Shown: positions 40,601-50,771 of the stretch, one piece after another
How the letters are laid out: the number at the start of each line of letters is the position of its first letter
Position numbering within the stretch: the first letter of the stretch is position 1
DNA from: Nitrososphaeraceae archaeon
GTDB lineage: Archaea; Thermoproteota; Nitrososphaeria; Nitrososphaerales; Nitrososphaeraceae
Direction of reading: 5' to 3'
NCBI GenBank assembly: GCA_035297365.1
Contig: DATGZA010000014.1
Coordinates: forward strand, 128,001-192,000
Length of the DNA stretch: 64,000 nt
Position numbers and translations under genes: made by a program
The notes under the pieces: generated by a model
Database searches by the model: none
The model's input: only the letters and a program-made list of their open reading frames with translations
What the model was told of the DNA's origin: nothing

Positions 40601-41533
40601 ATGGTATTTAGGACCCTTTTATTTATACCCGGAAATAACAAGAAATTTTTGGATAAATCTAAAACTCTATCTCCTGATATAATCTGTTATGACCTGGAAG
40701 ATTCTGTTCCCCTCAATGAAAAAGAAATTGCAAGACAAATGATAATGCACGCTACCTATCATGATCAATATAAGGATAATTCTGTCGAGAAACCGCAGAT
40801 GTTGGGAAAATTAGCAAATACTAATTCCCAAGTTTTTGTTAGAATAAATTCATTTGAATCTGGAATATATGACCAGGATTTAAGATCTACATTGCATAGT
40901 GGAATAGATGGAGTAGTTATACCAAAAGTAAACTCAGTTTTCGAACTTGAACAAATAATCAATCTTATTAAATCTTTGGAAAAAGAAAGGAATCTCGAAA
41001 AAATAAAGTTAATCCCATCAATAGAATCTTCTTTGGGCGTTGTAAATTCATATTCGATCGCTTCTTTTGATTCTAGAGTTATTGCATTAGTTTTTGGTGT
41101 TTTTGATTATTTATATGATATGAAACTAGATTATTCTGAACGTGATGGATTAGAATATAATTATGCGCGAGCAAAAATTCCAGTTGATGCACGAGCTGCT
41201 GGCATTTTTGCTTTAGACTCTATATGGCAAAAAATTGACGATATTGATGGACTAAAACAAGATGCAATGGTAGCAAAGAGACTAGGATATTCAGGAAAAA
41301 CCATAATTCATCCCAAACACATTGATTTTGTTAATGAAATATTTTTTCCTTCACAAAATGAAATAGATTGGGCAACCAAAGTGATATCTATCGTCAAACA
41401 ATTCGAAGAGAAGGGAGATAAAAGAGGCGCGCTCAAGATAGACGGTAAAATGGTTGACGCTGTTCATTTTAAACAGGCGAAATTAATACTTGATATATTG
41501 AAACACAAGCAAGAAGAAAATAAAAGTTCCTAG
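40601..41533 (+). CDS. CitE/HpcH family CoA-ester lyase
   Basis: RTLLFIPGN, DLEDSV, IPKV, GK..IHP, MVDAVH; start moved to ATG 40601. Confidence 0.92.
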   Translation: MVFRTLLFIPGNNKKFLDKSKTLSPDIICYDLEDSVPLNEKEIARQMIMHATYHDQYKDNSVEKPQMLGKLANTNSQVFVRINSFESGIYDQDLRSTLHSGIDGVVIPKVNSVFELEQIINLIKSLEKERNLEKIKLIPSIESSLGVVNSYSIASFDSRVIALVFGVFDYLYDMKLDYSERDGLEYNYARAKIPVDARAAGIFALDSIWQKIDDIDGLKQDAMVAKRLGYSGKTIIHPKHIDFVNEIFFPSQNEIDWATKVISIVKQFEEKGDKRGALKIDGKMVDAVHFKQAKLILDILKHKQEENKSS

Positions 41534-41595
41534 TCTAGTAAACTTTTGATGACAGGTCAATAAGGTTTATTTTCTCATGAACTTCATAGCATGAT

Positions 41596-42948
41596 ATGGC
41601 CATTCTACCAATAGATTCTGGAAGGTATGGTAGCAAGGAAATCAAAATGATTTTTGAAGAAGACAAAAAACTGGAATATGCACTTAAATTTGAAGCCGCT
41701 GTTGCTTCTTCTCAATCAAGTCTAGGTTTAATACCCAAGGAAGCATCTGATGAGATAAATTTACATGTAAATTCTGGCAACATTACAGTAGCAAGGATCA
41801 AGGAACTTGAATCTACGACCGACCATGATATAGCTGCTCTCGTGCAAGCTTTGAGTGAACAATGTTCCCAAACTGCAAAACCTTGGGTCCACTTTGGTCT
41901 AACCAGTAACGATATTGTTGATACTACTACGTCAATGCAATTAAAAGATTCCTTGGTTATAATAGAATCAAAAATTCGAACGCTAGCATCATTATTTTCT
42001 GAGAAAGCTTTAGAATTCAAGAACCAGCCTGCAGTAGGGAGAACTCATGGACAGCATGCTAGTATTATTCCATTCGGTTTAAAATTTGCAGTCTGGGCAA
42101 TCGAAATGGTAAAACATAATGAAAGAATCAAAGAGGGAAAAAAGAGATTCCTAATCTGCAAAACTCTAGGAGTAGTAGGTACAGGATCTCTGATGGGAGA
42201 AAAAGCATTGGAGGTCCAAAATAAAGTTGCTACCTCTTTGAATTTATATCCATCTGAGGCTGCTACACAAGTAATTCCCAGAGAGAGGCTGGCAGAATTT
42301 CAATTTTTGATAGCACTTGTAGGAGCGACTCTCGATAAAGTTGCAATAGAAATAAGGAATTTACAGCGTCCAGAATTGGATGAAGTATCTGAATCTTTTA
42401 AGGTAGGTCAAATGGGAAGCAGCGCAGTGCCAGTAAAGAGAAATCCTATAAAAAGCGAAAGAGTGTCATCCTTAGCAAAACTTTTGCGTTCGTTAGTACA
42501 GGTTGCTATGGATAATATCAGTTTGTGGCATGAAAGAGATCTCTCTAATTCTGCAAATGAAAGATTTACAATTCCTATGGGAATAATACTACTTGATGAG
42601 ATGCTAAATACTATGATCAAAGTTATATCGGAACTGAATATTAACATTGATAAAATTTCTTCCAATATAGAAATTACGAAGGGACAAATTTATGCAGAAT
42701 TTGTTTTGGAATCATTGGTTAAAAAGGGAATTCCAAGAATAAATGCATATATGGATATTCAAAGAATAGCCTTTGCGGCAAAAGAATCTGGAAAACACTT
42801 TATTCAGGCTATAAAGGATGATGATATATTATCATCTCATTTCAATGATGATGAACTTGATTCTCTGTTTAAGCCACAAAATCATTTTGCCTCAGCCATT
42901 CAAATCATAGAAAATGTTTCTAATATTGTCTCGAAAGAATTTGATTAG
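41596..42948 (+). CDS. purB: adenylosuccinate lyase
   Basis: HFGLTSND, GRTHGQHA, GSSAVPVKRNP, WHERDLSNS. Confidence 0.96.
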   Translation: MAILPIDSGRYGSKEIKMIFEEDKKLEYALKFEAAVASSQSSLGLIPKEASDEINLHVNSGNITVARIKELESTTDHDIAALVQALSEQCSQTAKPWVHFGLTSNDIVDTTTSMQLKDSLVIIESKIRTLASLFSEKALEFKNQPAVGRTHGQHASIIPFGLKFAVWAIEMVKHNERIKEGKKRFLICKTLGVVGTGSLMGEKALEVQNKVATSLNLYPSEAATQVIPRERLAEFQFLIALVGATLDKVAIEIRNLQRPELDEVSESFKVGQMGSSAVPVKRNPIKSERVSSLAKLLRSLVQVAMDNISLWHERDLSNSANERFTIPMGIILLDEMLNTMIKVISELNINIDKISSNIEITKGQIYAEFVLESLVKKGIPRINAYMDIQRIAFAAKESGKHFIQAIKDDDILSSHFNDDELDSLFKPQNHFASAIQIIENVSNIVSKEFD

Positions 42949-43175
42949 AAATATTCATAATAAGAATAATCAAGTAGAACCAGAAAATGAAATAACAATA
43001 ATGGTAAATAATGAAAAGCTAAATCATGAATGCAATGACAAATAAATATAGGATGAAAATGCATATAAAAATAAGTACCCCTATTAGAATCAAAATCTTG
43101 TTTAATGATAACTAAAATTTCCTATTTTATATTATTAAAGTAGTATATTCAATAAATATTATAATATTGTTTTGA

Positions 43176-43970
43176 TCAGTGATTTATTTTGGTCAATAAA
43201 AGTTTTCTTATTTCATCCTCCTTCTTTATACCTTTGATAAGATTTTTGTGAATTAAAGAACCGTATTGCAAAGCTTTTTTTGGCTGCAGAGCTGCTTCAA
43301 CTGGTACATTCAATAAAATGGCTACTTCTCGTAAAATATGTTTTCTGAGTAAGTCATTTGAACTTCTGATCTTTTTATCTATTGGTATTTTTTTTGCATA
43401 TTCTATAAAATCTCGCGATAAAAAAGGTTGCTTGACGGAAACGTTATATTCCTTTGAAACCTCCTGGATTTCCTTAATTAGTATTTGTTCATTTTCTATT
43501 TTTTTATCCATAAATTTATTTATTTCCATAATTCCGTCTGAAAATATTTGTCTGTACCTGTTATAGCCACAAAATAATTCGTCGAAGCCATTAGCAGTGA
43601 GAACAGTGTTAAACCCATTTGATGAAGCTAAAAAAGATATATAATAGAAAGCGATACAATTTTCGATATGAGATAAATTGTTACATGGTATATTCTTTAT
43701 AATTTTTTTCAACACGATGATAAAATTCTCGATATTTATTTCATATGTTATATGTTTTATACTCATTTTGTCAGAAATAAATTTAGAAAATTCAATATCA
43801 TGGGAACCTGGAAAACCTATTGAGAGTAACGTAACATCTTTAAAATTATCCTTTACAATCTTTGCTAACAACGAACTATCTAACCCGCCAGAAAAAGCAA
43901 TAGCAAAATTTTCCCTTCTATCCACACTAATATCTATTGATTTTAAAATTTCACAAATTATATCAAACAA
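43176..43970 (-). CDS. asparagine-synthase C-terminal-domain protein (no glutaminase domain)
   Basis: FSGGLDSS, G.DELFCGY, RKHILR, KKALQYGS. Confidence 0.88.
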   Translation of the reverse strand: MFDIICEILKSIDISVDRRENFAIAFSGGLDSSLLAKIVKDNFKDVTLLSIGFPGSHDIEFSKFISDKMSIKHITYEINIENFIIVLKKIIKNIPCNNLSHIENCIAFYYISFLASSNGFNTVLTANGFDELFCGYNRYRQIFSDGIMEINKFMDKKIENEQILIKEIQEVSKEYNVSVKQPFLSRDFIEYAKKIPIDKKIRSSNDLLRKHILREVAILLNVPVEAALQPKKALQYGSLIHKNLIKGIKKEDEIRKLLLTKINH

Positions 43971-44174
43971 TTATCACTCAATACAAGTATCCTTTTAATC
44001 TAAGTTTTAAATATAGCTTTATAAATTTTCTGACAATTTATATTGTTTTTTACATTTTGTTTATTATTCAAAGAAAATATTTTTCTATAGTACTCAATGT
44101 TTTAAAAATAATAATTATTTACCAACATTAAAGATTTTTATATAAAATATTTCGATATTTAATTAAATTAAGAT

Positions 44175-44987
44175 ATGACTCGTAATCTCGTGGAAAACGA
44201 TATTAAATATATCAATCATAATGGGGTACATCTTTCAAATAGAACCAAATTATCTTTATCAAATTTATTCATTTTCTTAGGAAAAGATCATGAAATTGAT
44301 GCAAAAATTATGTCACCTAATAATAAAATGTTTATCATTGATTTCAAGATTGAAGACAACAAGTATATACAGGTAATAGATTCTGAGGAGGATTTTGATA
44401 AATTTAATAAGATTAAAGAAGATTTACCAGATCTTGATATTATAGCAATTGGTTCATCAAAATATGCCGGCAAATCAACAGAATTTGAGTCGTTATTCCT
44501 TTTTGATTCTAAAAATTGCCGTATAGGTTCTATTTTTATTGAGGATCCTTCTTTGTCTTTTGATTATGCCCATATTCTACCTCTAGTTACAAAATGCTCC
44601 ATTCTTCATGGACATACTTCAACAGTAATGGTTGAAATCATTGGAAATATGAGTAATGGCTTAGTTATGGATTTTAGCGAGGCTAAAAGACTTATCAAAG
44701 AGGCAATTAATAATTTAGATCATAAATTTTTTATCAATAGACAATATCTACTAAAAGAAGACGAAATCTATTATTTTGTTCAGTTTGAGGGACCTAGAGG
44801 ATTTTTCAATCTCCAATTACCAAAATCAACTGTCTATCTTTTAGAAGATGAGGCTACGGTGGAAAATCTTTCTAGGGAGATAATAAAAATACTTTCTCCA
44901 AAAATGCCCAAAAATATAGATGCATTGGGAGTTTATATTTATGAAGGAGTTAATAAAGGCGCCCACCTTTTGGCCAATTTAAAATAG
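44175..44987 (+). CDS. queD: 6-carboxytetrahydropterin synthase (QueD/PTPS) with N-terminal extension
   Basis: FDYAH, CSILHGH, VMDF, LDHK, TVENLS. Confidence 0.82.
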   Translation: MTRNLVENDIKYINHNGVHLSNRTKLSLSNLFIFLGKDHEIDAKIMSPNNKMFIIDFKIEDNKYIQVIDSEEDFDKFNKIKEDLPDLDIIAIGSSKYAGKSTEFESLFLFDSKNCRIGSIFIEDPSLSFDYAHILPLVTKCSILHGHTSTVMVEIIGNMSNGLVMDFSEAKRLIKEAINNLDHKFFINRQYLLKEDEIYYFVQFEGPRGFFNLQLPKSTVYLLEDEATVENLSREIIKILSPKMPKNIDALGVYIYEGVNKGAHLLANLK

Positions 44988-45149
44988 GTTCGTTTTTCAT
45001 ATTGGTATTCCATAATTTTCTTTTTGTGTTCCTTTTTAAATTTAATACCTAAATTTTTAAACTGGAGAGTAATATCCCATCAAATAAGGATATATCTATA
45101 CCAACGTTAATAACCACATTGTAATATAAAGACTAACTAAATCTGAGAG

Positions 45150-47546
45150 ATGGAACCTAAAATCACTTTAAAGTCTTGGAATCATATATTAGAATCAAAA
45201 ATTCTCAAATCTTGGGAACACGAAGATCTATATAATTTTAATTTAAAAGAAAATAATATTAACAATATATTTGTAATAGATACTCCCCCACCATATCCCT
45301 CAGGAAGACCATGGCATATTGGTGCAGCAGCACATTATGCACAGATTGATATGATTGCAAGATCGGCGAGAATGGAAGGAAATGTTGTTATGTTTCCAAT
45401 TGGGATAGATCGAAATGGTCTTCCAGTTGAAATTTACACAGAAAGAAAATACAAGGTCAGAATGAGACAAATGGAAAGGGAAAAATTCCTAGACCTCTGC
45501 AAGTCTGCCCTTGATGATCTTGAATCAGAAATGATCAATATCATGAAAAATCTCGGAATTAGTGCTAACTTTAAAGAATATTATAGAACAGATTCGGTTG
45601 AATTTAGATCTCTCACTCAGAAAACATTTATCGATTTGTGGAATAAAGGTCTTGTATATATTTCTAACAGACCTAATAATTATTGTACAGATTGCGGTAC
45701 AACCATTGCGGATGCAGAAATAATTTATGAAGATCTTCCGACAAATTTAGTTTACATGTATTTCGCTATTGAAAATAGCAATACTGATAAATTAATTATA
45801 GCATCAACTCGTCCAGAATTGCTTTTTGCATGTCAAGCTATCATAGTTAATCCTAAAGATGATCGGTATTATCAATTCCACGGAAAAAAAGTAATACTGC
45901 CACTTTTCAACAGGAAAGTACCAATTCTTGTTCATCACTCAGTAAAACAGGAATTTGGAACAGGTATGGTAATGGTATGTAGTTACGGAGATCAAAATGA
46001 TGTGCAAGTTTTTAGAGACTTGAATCTAAAGGAAATAGTTGCTCTTGACCAAAATGGTTATACTACAGATGAGGCTACGCCTTACCAAAATTTAATGATT
46101 AATAATGCAAGAGAAAAAATAGTTAAAGATTTAAGAGAATGTGGCTTCGTTGAACGGGAGGAAAAAATAGTTCATCGTACACCACTTTGTGAAAGAAGTA
46201 AGACGCCGGTACAAATCATCCCTCTACATGACTATTATTTAAGGCAATTAGAATATGTGGAAGTATTGAAAGACATCTCAAAAAATATTTGTTTTTATCC
46301 TGAGATACATAAGCAGATCTTAAATAATTGGCTTGATGCAATTTCAATAGATTGGCCAATTTCAAGAAGAAGATTTTATGGTACTGAAATACCTGTATGG
46401 TTTTGTAATAAATGTCAAACTCCAAATCTTCCTGATTCTGGACAGTATTATCAGCCTTGGAAGGAAAGACCGCCTTTCGATAGGTGTTCTAATTGTGGAT
46501 CAACAGAGTTTACTGGAGAGGAAAAAACTTTTGATACATGGATGGATTCTAGTATTACACCGTTATTTATTTCCAAATTCTCCCGAGATGCGAAATTTTA
46601 CAAGCATACTTATCCTTGTACAATCAGACCCCAGGCAAAGGATATTATAAGAACGTGGTTGTATTATACTCTGCTTAGATGTTACCAGCTTACGGACACA
46701 TTAGCTTGGAATAATGTATGGATTATGGGATATGGAGTTGATGAAAAAGGGAAAAAAATGAGTAAAAGTAAAGGTAATGTCATTGATCCTTTTCCTGTTA
46801 TACAGCAGTTTGGAGCTGATACATTTAGATTTTGGTCTGCAAGTGAAACAAATTTAGGTCAAGATTTTCGTTGTTCTGAGCAAAGTATATCTATATCTCA
46901 AAAATTTTTGTCTAAATTGTGGAATTTAGGGAGATTTCTATCATCATTTCCAATCCCTAAAGAAATTTTTGCAGAAATTGATAGAAAAAGTATTTTACCA
47001 ACTGATAAATGGATACTTTCAGAATTATTTAGACTTGTGGAGAATTGTAGTAAGGGATACAATATATTTAATTTTTTCATTCCTTCTAATCATATACGTG
47101 ACTTTACTTGGAATCTTTTTGCTTCCCACTATGTTGAGATGGTCAAATCCCGAGTCTATGATGATTCTGATCCAACCTCTCAAAATTCTGCACTTTATGC
47201 ATTGCATAAATGTTTTTCGACCATATTGCTATTACTTGCACCAATTTGTCCATTTATCACCGAAGAACTATGGAAAACACTTTATTCTTCACGAAGTATA
47301 CATTTACAGAAAAAACCATTGACAAATGATTTTTTCAAAGATTTTGAAAAATTTACAGAAAAAATCGTCGAATTTAATTCATTTGTATGGAATAAGAAAA
47401 AAGAATCTATTAACCCAAATACTGGTAAACCTGCTTCATTAAAAGACCCCATCTCACTATCCGTTCCATTAGAGTTGCAAGAATTCCAAAAAGATCTTCA
47501 GCATATGCACAATTTGCATAATATCAATAATATTAACGATAATTGA
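45150..47546 (+). CDS. valS: valine--tRNA ligase
   Basis: DTPPPYPSG, HIGA (HIGH-like), DWPISRRR, DTWMDSS, KMSKS. Confidence 0.96.
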   Translation: MEPKITLKSWNHILESKILKSWEHEDLYNFNLKENNINNIFVIDTPPPYPSGRPWHIGAAAHYAQIDMIARSARMEGNVVMFPIGIDRNGLPVEIYTERKYKVRMRQMEREKFLDLCKSALDDLESEMINIMKNLGISANFKEYYRTDSVEFRSLTQKTFIDLWNKGLVYISNRPNNYCTDCGTTIADAEIIYEDLPTNLVYMYFAIENSNTDKLIIASTRPELLFACQAIIVNPKDDRYYQFHGKKVILPLFNRKVPILVHHSVKQEFGTGMVMVCSYGDQNDVQVFRDLNLKEIVALDQNGYTTDEATPYQNLMINNAREKIVKDLRECGFVEREEKIVHRTPLCERSKTPVQIIPLHDYYLRQLEYVEVLKDISKNICFYPEIHKQILNNWLDAISIDWPISRRRFYGTEIPVWFCNKCQTPNLPDSGQYYQPWKERPPFDRCSNCGSTEFTGEEKTFDTWMDSSITPLFISKFSRDAKFYKHTYPCTIRPQAKDIIRTWLYYTLLRCYQLTDTLAWNNVWIMGYGVDEKGKKMSKSKGNVIDPFPVIQQFGADTFRFWSASETNLGQDFRCSEQSISISQKFLSKLWNLGRFLSSFPIPKEIFAEIDRKSILPTDKWILSELFRLVENCSKGYNIFNFFIPSNHIRDFTWNLFASHYVEMVKSRVYDDSDPTSQNSALYALHKCFSTILLLLAPICPFITEELWKTLYSSRSIHLQKKPLTNDFFKDFEKFTEKIVEFNSFVWNKKKESINPNTGKPASLKDPISLSVPLELQEFQKDLQHMHNLHNINNINDN

Positions 47547-47617
47547 ATGTTATTCCTATTTACTTTATGAAATTGTGAAAAGAAAAATGATGATTGATAA
47601 TACTACATTAAAAACAA

Positions 47618-48004
47618 TTAACTATCTATCTTACCATCAATCATGTCCAAAGAATCTTCCGCTATGTCGATTACTGTATGCGAATCAATATTCGGTTCCA
47701 AAGTAATCAAAACTACCATTTTGTCTAAGTATATTGTCAGAATAGATATTTTTTCACGTTCTACGTAGGAGAATCTAACCTTTCCCAAGGTTTCGTCAAA
47801 TCTTTCTCTCATGGATCTTCTAATAGATGTTTGAGCAAGATAGAGTTCCTCGCTTGTTTCATCTACAATAGAGTCAATACCTTTCCTCATACCACCAGCT
47901 ATCAATACCCCGCTCTCATCAACTACCCCGGCATATCTTATGTCATCATGTAAAGCAAATATCGATTTACATAACTTATTGTAATCCATTGGTAAGTTAA
48001 CCAA
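47618..48004 (-). CDS. DUF6659-like (roadblock-like) protein
   Basis: IRYAGVVD..G.LIAGGMRKG...YVEREK pattern common in Nitrososphaeria. Confidence 0.75.
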   Translation of the reverse strand: MVNLPMDYNKLCKSIFALHDDIRYAGVVDESGVLIAGGMRKGIDSIVDETSEELYLAQTSIRRSMRERFDETLGKVRFSYVEREKISILTIYLDKMVVLITLEPNIDSHTVIDIAEDSLDMIDGKIDS

Positions 48005-49167
48005 TAAATCTATTATTGAATGTTCGGGTTGCTCTTAAAAATAAATAACTAAGACCATAAATCAAATTTTATACTAAAGCCAGCCTAATTTCAGCTTGAA
48101 TTTAACATACAAGAAAAACATGTATCTGAATACAAGAAAAACACGATTTTTAGTAATTTTTCTCATTCTGCTCAAACGATATTTTACAAACGACATTGCT
48201 ATTTCAATAATAATATACAAACATCTTTCACTTAAAGTTTACCAGAAACGAATTTATTTAGTTTTAAGCAATTTTATTTATAAATTTTATATAAAACTTT
48301 TGACTTCTTCTTTAATAGATTTAACAAATCATGAGCTATTAATAACTTATTCTTTTTAATTAAATTCTTGATATTAAAACAAAAATACCACATTCATTTA
48401 AGATAATTCAAAGAACTGTTTTAACAAACAAAATTTAATAGATAGAACTTGAAATCGTGACTGACATTTATCGAAATATCAAGAATATTATTTTATAGAT
48501 TAAGGTAATTAGTTTTTATCTACATCTTTATTTTGCAATTTTACTGTCATGTTTCAAAATAAATAAAACACCATTGGTTTTTTATGAAAAATACACTTCT
48601 ATACAATAGCCATATAAGTATTAACAAAATACTATATTTGTAATTGTATATTTTCATTAACGTTCTGGCAATGCCATCAAACAGTAATATTTCCAATTAT
48701 TTACAGCAATATTATTTATATTTAGTCACTTTTATTTTTTATAATATCATATTTATATAGCTATATTTATCTAAACATTGTGGAATAAAAGATAATAACT
48801 CAGGGTGATAGATTTTAGGTTAGCTGGTTCCAATTTTTTTTTACGCAAATTCATTATAATATTAAATTACAATAATAGATAAGAAGAATCATTTTTCTAT
48901 TCAATTACTATAATAGTTAAGTACAGTTAAAAAATGAGATAATACTATGGTAAAGACGATTATAATAAGTTATTGAACTTAAACTATATAAATGTCTCCA
49001 TCTTTTTATTTTCCAGAGTTAACTCTACAAATTAAACTTCCCAGTACGAAACAAATAGGAAAAAACCAAAATAAGTTGAATCGAAATATTGATTAAGTAG
49101 CTGCAAAATTTGATTAAATATTATTAACCTTTATATAGTAAGGAATTTAGTGATTTTCTTTCTCAAT

Positions 49168-49473
49168 CTAAAGATAATGTTTTTCGCCAGTATATCCTAT
49201 ATCTTGAAAAAATGAAATTATTTTTTTTATAAACTTGTCTTCTCTATTTAATGAATAAACATAATTTCCTAATTTCTGTTCTATTACCCAATTTATCTTT
49301 ATCAACTCTGATAAATTTCTTTTAATATCTTCTCTTTTCAAGTGCGTTTTCTTGTGAAGAGCATAAACGGTAAACAATTTGTTTTCTTCAGCCATTGTTC
49401 TTAATATTCTTATTTTTCCTATTGTTCCAAAGCCCGTTTCCACTATATCTTTTACAGATCTATCTTCATTCAT
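49168..49473 (-). CDS. winged-helix protein
   Basis: GKIRILR..TVYALHKKTHLKREDIKRNL; 3 nt downstream of cdc6. Confidence 0.78.
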   Translation of the reverse strand: MNEDRSVKDIVETGFGTIGKIRILRTMAEENKLFTVYALHKKTHLKREDIKRNLSELIKINWVIEQKLGNYVYSLNREDKFIKKIISFFQDIGYTGEKHYL

Positions 49474-49476
49474 CTT

Positions 49477-50640
49477 CTAACTCTTCTTCCCATTCATGAT
49501 ATCTTCTAAAATTTTTTCTAGTTTATCAATTGATGCAGATAACAAAATAATCTTTTTAAGAGAATGAATTCTTATTATCTTCTTTGTATCCAGTTCACTC
49601 AACACGTCCTCTACATCAAGTTTTTTTATCTTATTTTCTTCAGCGATATCTATGACCTGCATTCTGATCTCTTTTAGTTCTACATGATCCTTTTTTTTGA
49701 TTCGCAATCCTCTAATTATTGCAAGTAGTGTAACAATTTGTTCCTTGGATAAATCCTTAAGATCTTCATCGGTTATCCCTTTATAAATTTGTTCATGTAC
49801 TCTTTTAACTTGGTCTAAAAGTATTTTTTTTGTTCCTTCATTCTCAGCAATATTTCCTGCATATGTTAAAAGATCTAATGCGTATCTAATATCTCCATTT
49901 ATCTCAGGTGAAATAATTATCCTTGAGATCCAATCTATTATATCTGTAGAAATCACCTCTTTATTGAAAGCCTCTACTGATCTTTGTACGAGTATATCAC
50001 TGACTTGTTCAATTGTATATGTTGGAAATTCAATTGGTACTCTTCCTAAAGAACTTAATTCTGCTTCATCTAATTTTTCATAAAATTCAATACTTCTAGC
50101 AATAAAGATGACTCCCTTAACATTACATCTCTTATTAGGGTTGAATTCATTGAGGCGGGTCAAGTCATAAATTATTCCAATATCTTTTGATATCTTGATG
50201 AGATAGTCAATCTCATCCAATATTATTAAAGCATAAGATGATGTATTATCGAGATACTCAATCATTTGTCTTAACATCTCTTCAGCACTCAGTCCTTGTG
50301 CTGGTAATTCCGGAGCGATACATCCAAGCATATATTTATAAATCGCGTATTTGTTACCACCTTGTAATTTTAGATTAATATACACAATTTTTGAATTAAT
50401 TTTATTATTTGCTAGTTCTTCTTTTAATAAATTTCCAAATCTAATAAGTGTAGATGTCTTACCTATTCCAGCTTGACCTATTATCTGTAAAATTGTCAGG
50501 GGGTATTTGTCGGGATCGTTTTTTAAATTACTAAATGTTCTTTTGAGTAGATCAATTTGTTTTTCCCTGTGTGGCAACTCTTTTGGAATATATCTTGGCG
50601 AAAGTTTAGTCCGATCCTTAAAAATGAAGCTTTCCTCCAT
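49477..50640 (-). CDS. cdc6: Orc1/Cdc6 family AAA+ ATPase
   Basis: LSPRYIP.ELPHRE, GQAGIGKT, ILDEID, GDIRYALDLL. Confidence 0.95.
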   Translation of the reverse strand: MEESFIFKDRTKLSPRYIPKELPHREKQIDLLKRTFSNLKNDPDKYPLTILQIIGQAGIGKTSTLIRFGNLLKEELANNKINSKIVYINLKLQGGNKYAIYKYMLGCIAPELPAQGLSAEEMLRQMIEYLDNTSSYALIILDEIDYLIKISKDIGIIYDLTRLNEFNPNKRCNVKGVIFIARSIEFYEKLDEAELSSLGRVPIEFPTYTIEQVSDILVQRSVEAFNKEVISTDIIDWISRIIISPEINGDIRYALDLLTYAGNIAENEGTKKILLDQVKRVHEQIYKGITDEDLKDLSKEQIVTLLAIIRGLRIKKKDHVELKEIRMQVIDIAEENKIKKLDVEDVLSELDTKKIIRIHSLKKIILLSASIDKLEKILEDIMNGKKS

Positions 50641-50771
50641 GATATTATTTATTCATATTCTATCTAGTTGTTATTATTATTATTTCTTTATGATTTACAG
50701 ACTCGATCAAAATAAATTGATAGTATATTAGTCAATTCGTAAATATATTCAGATCCAACATATTGTTTATC

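Noticed and set aside
48096-48359. 87-aa ORF
   Set aside because: TTG start with F/I/K/L/Y-biased composition typical of AT-rich non-coding DNA
48815-48833. Half match to the DtxR box (TTAGGTTAGC...)
   Set aside because: Second half does not match and there is no adjacent target gene
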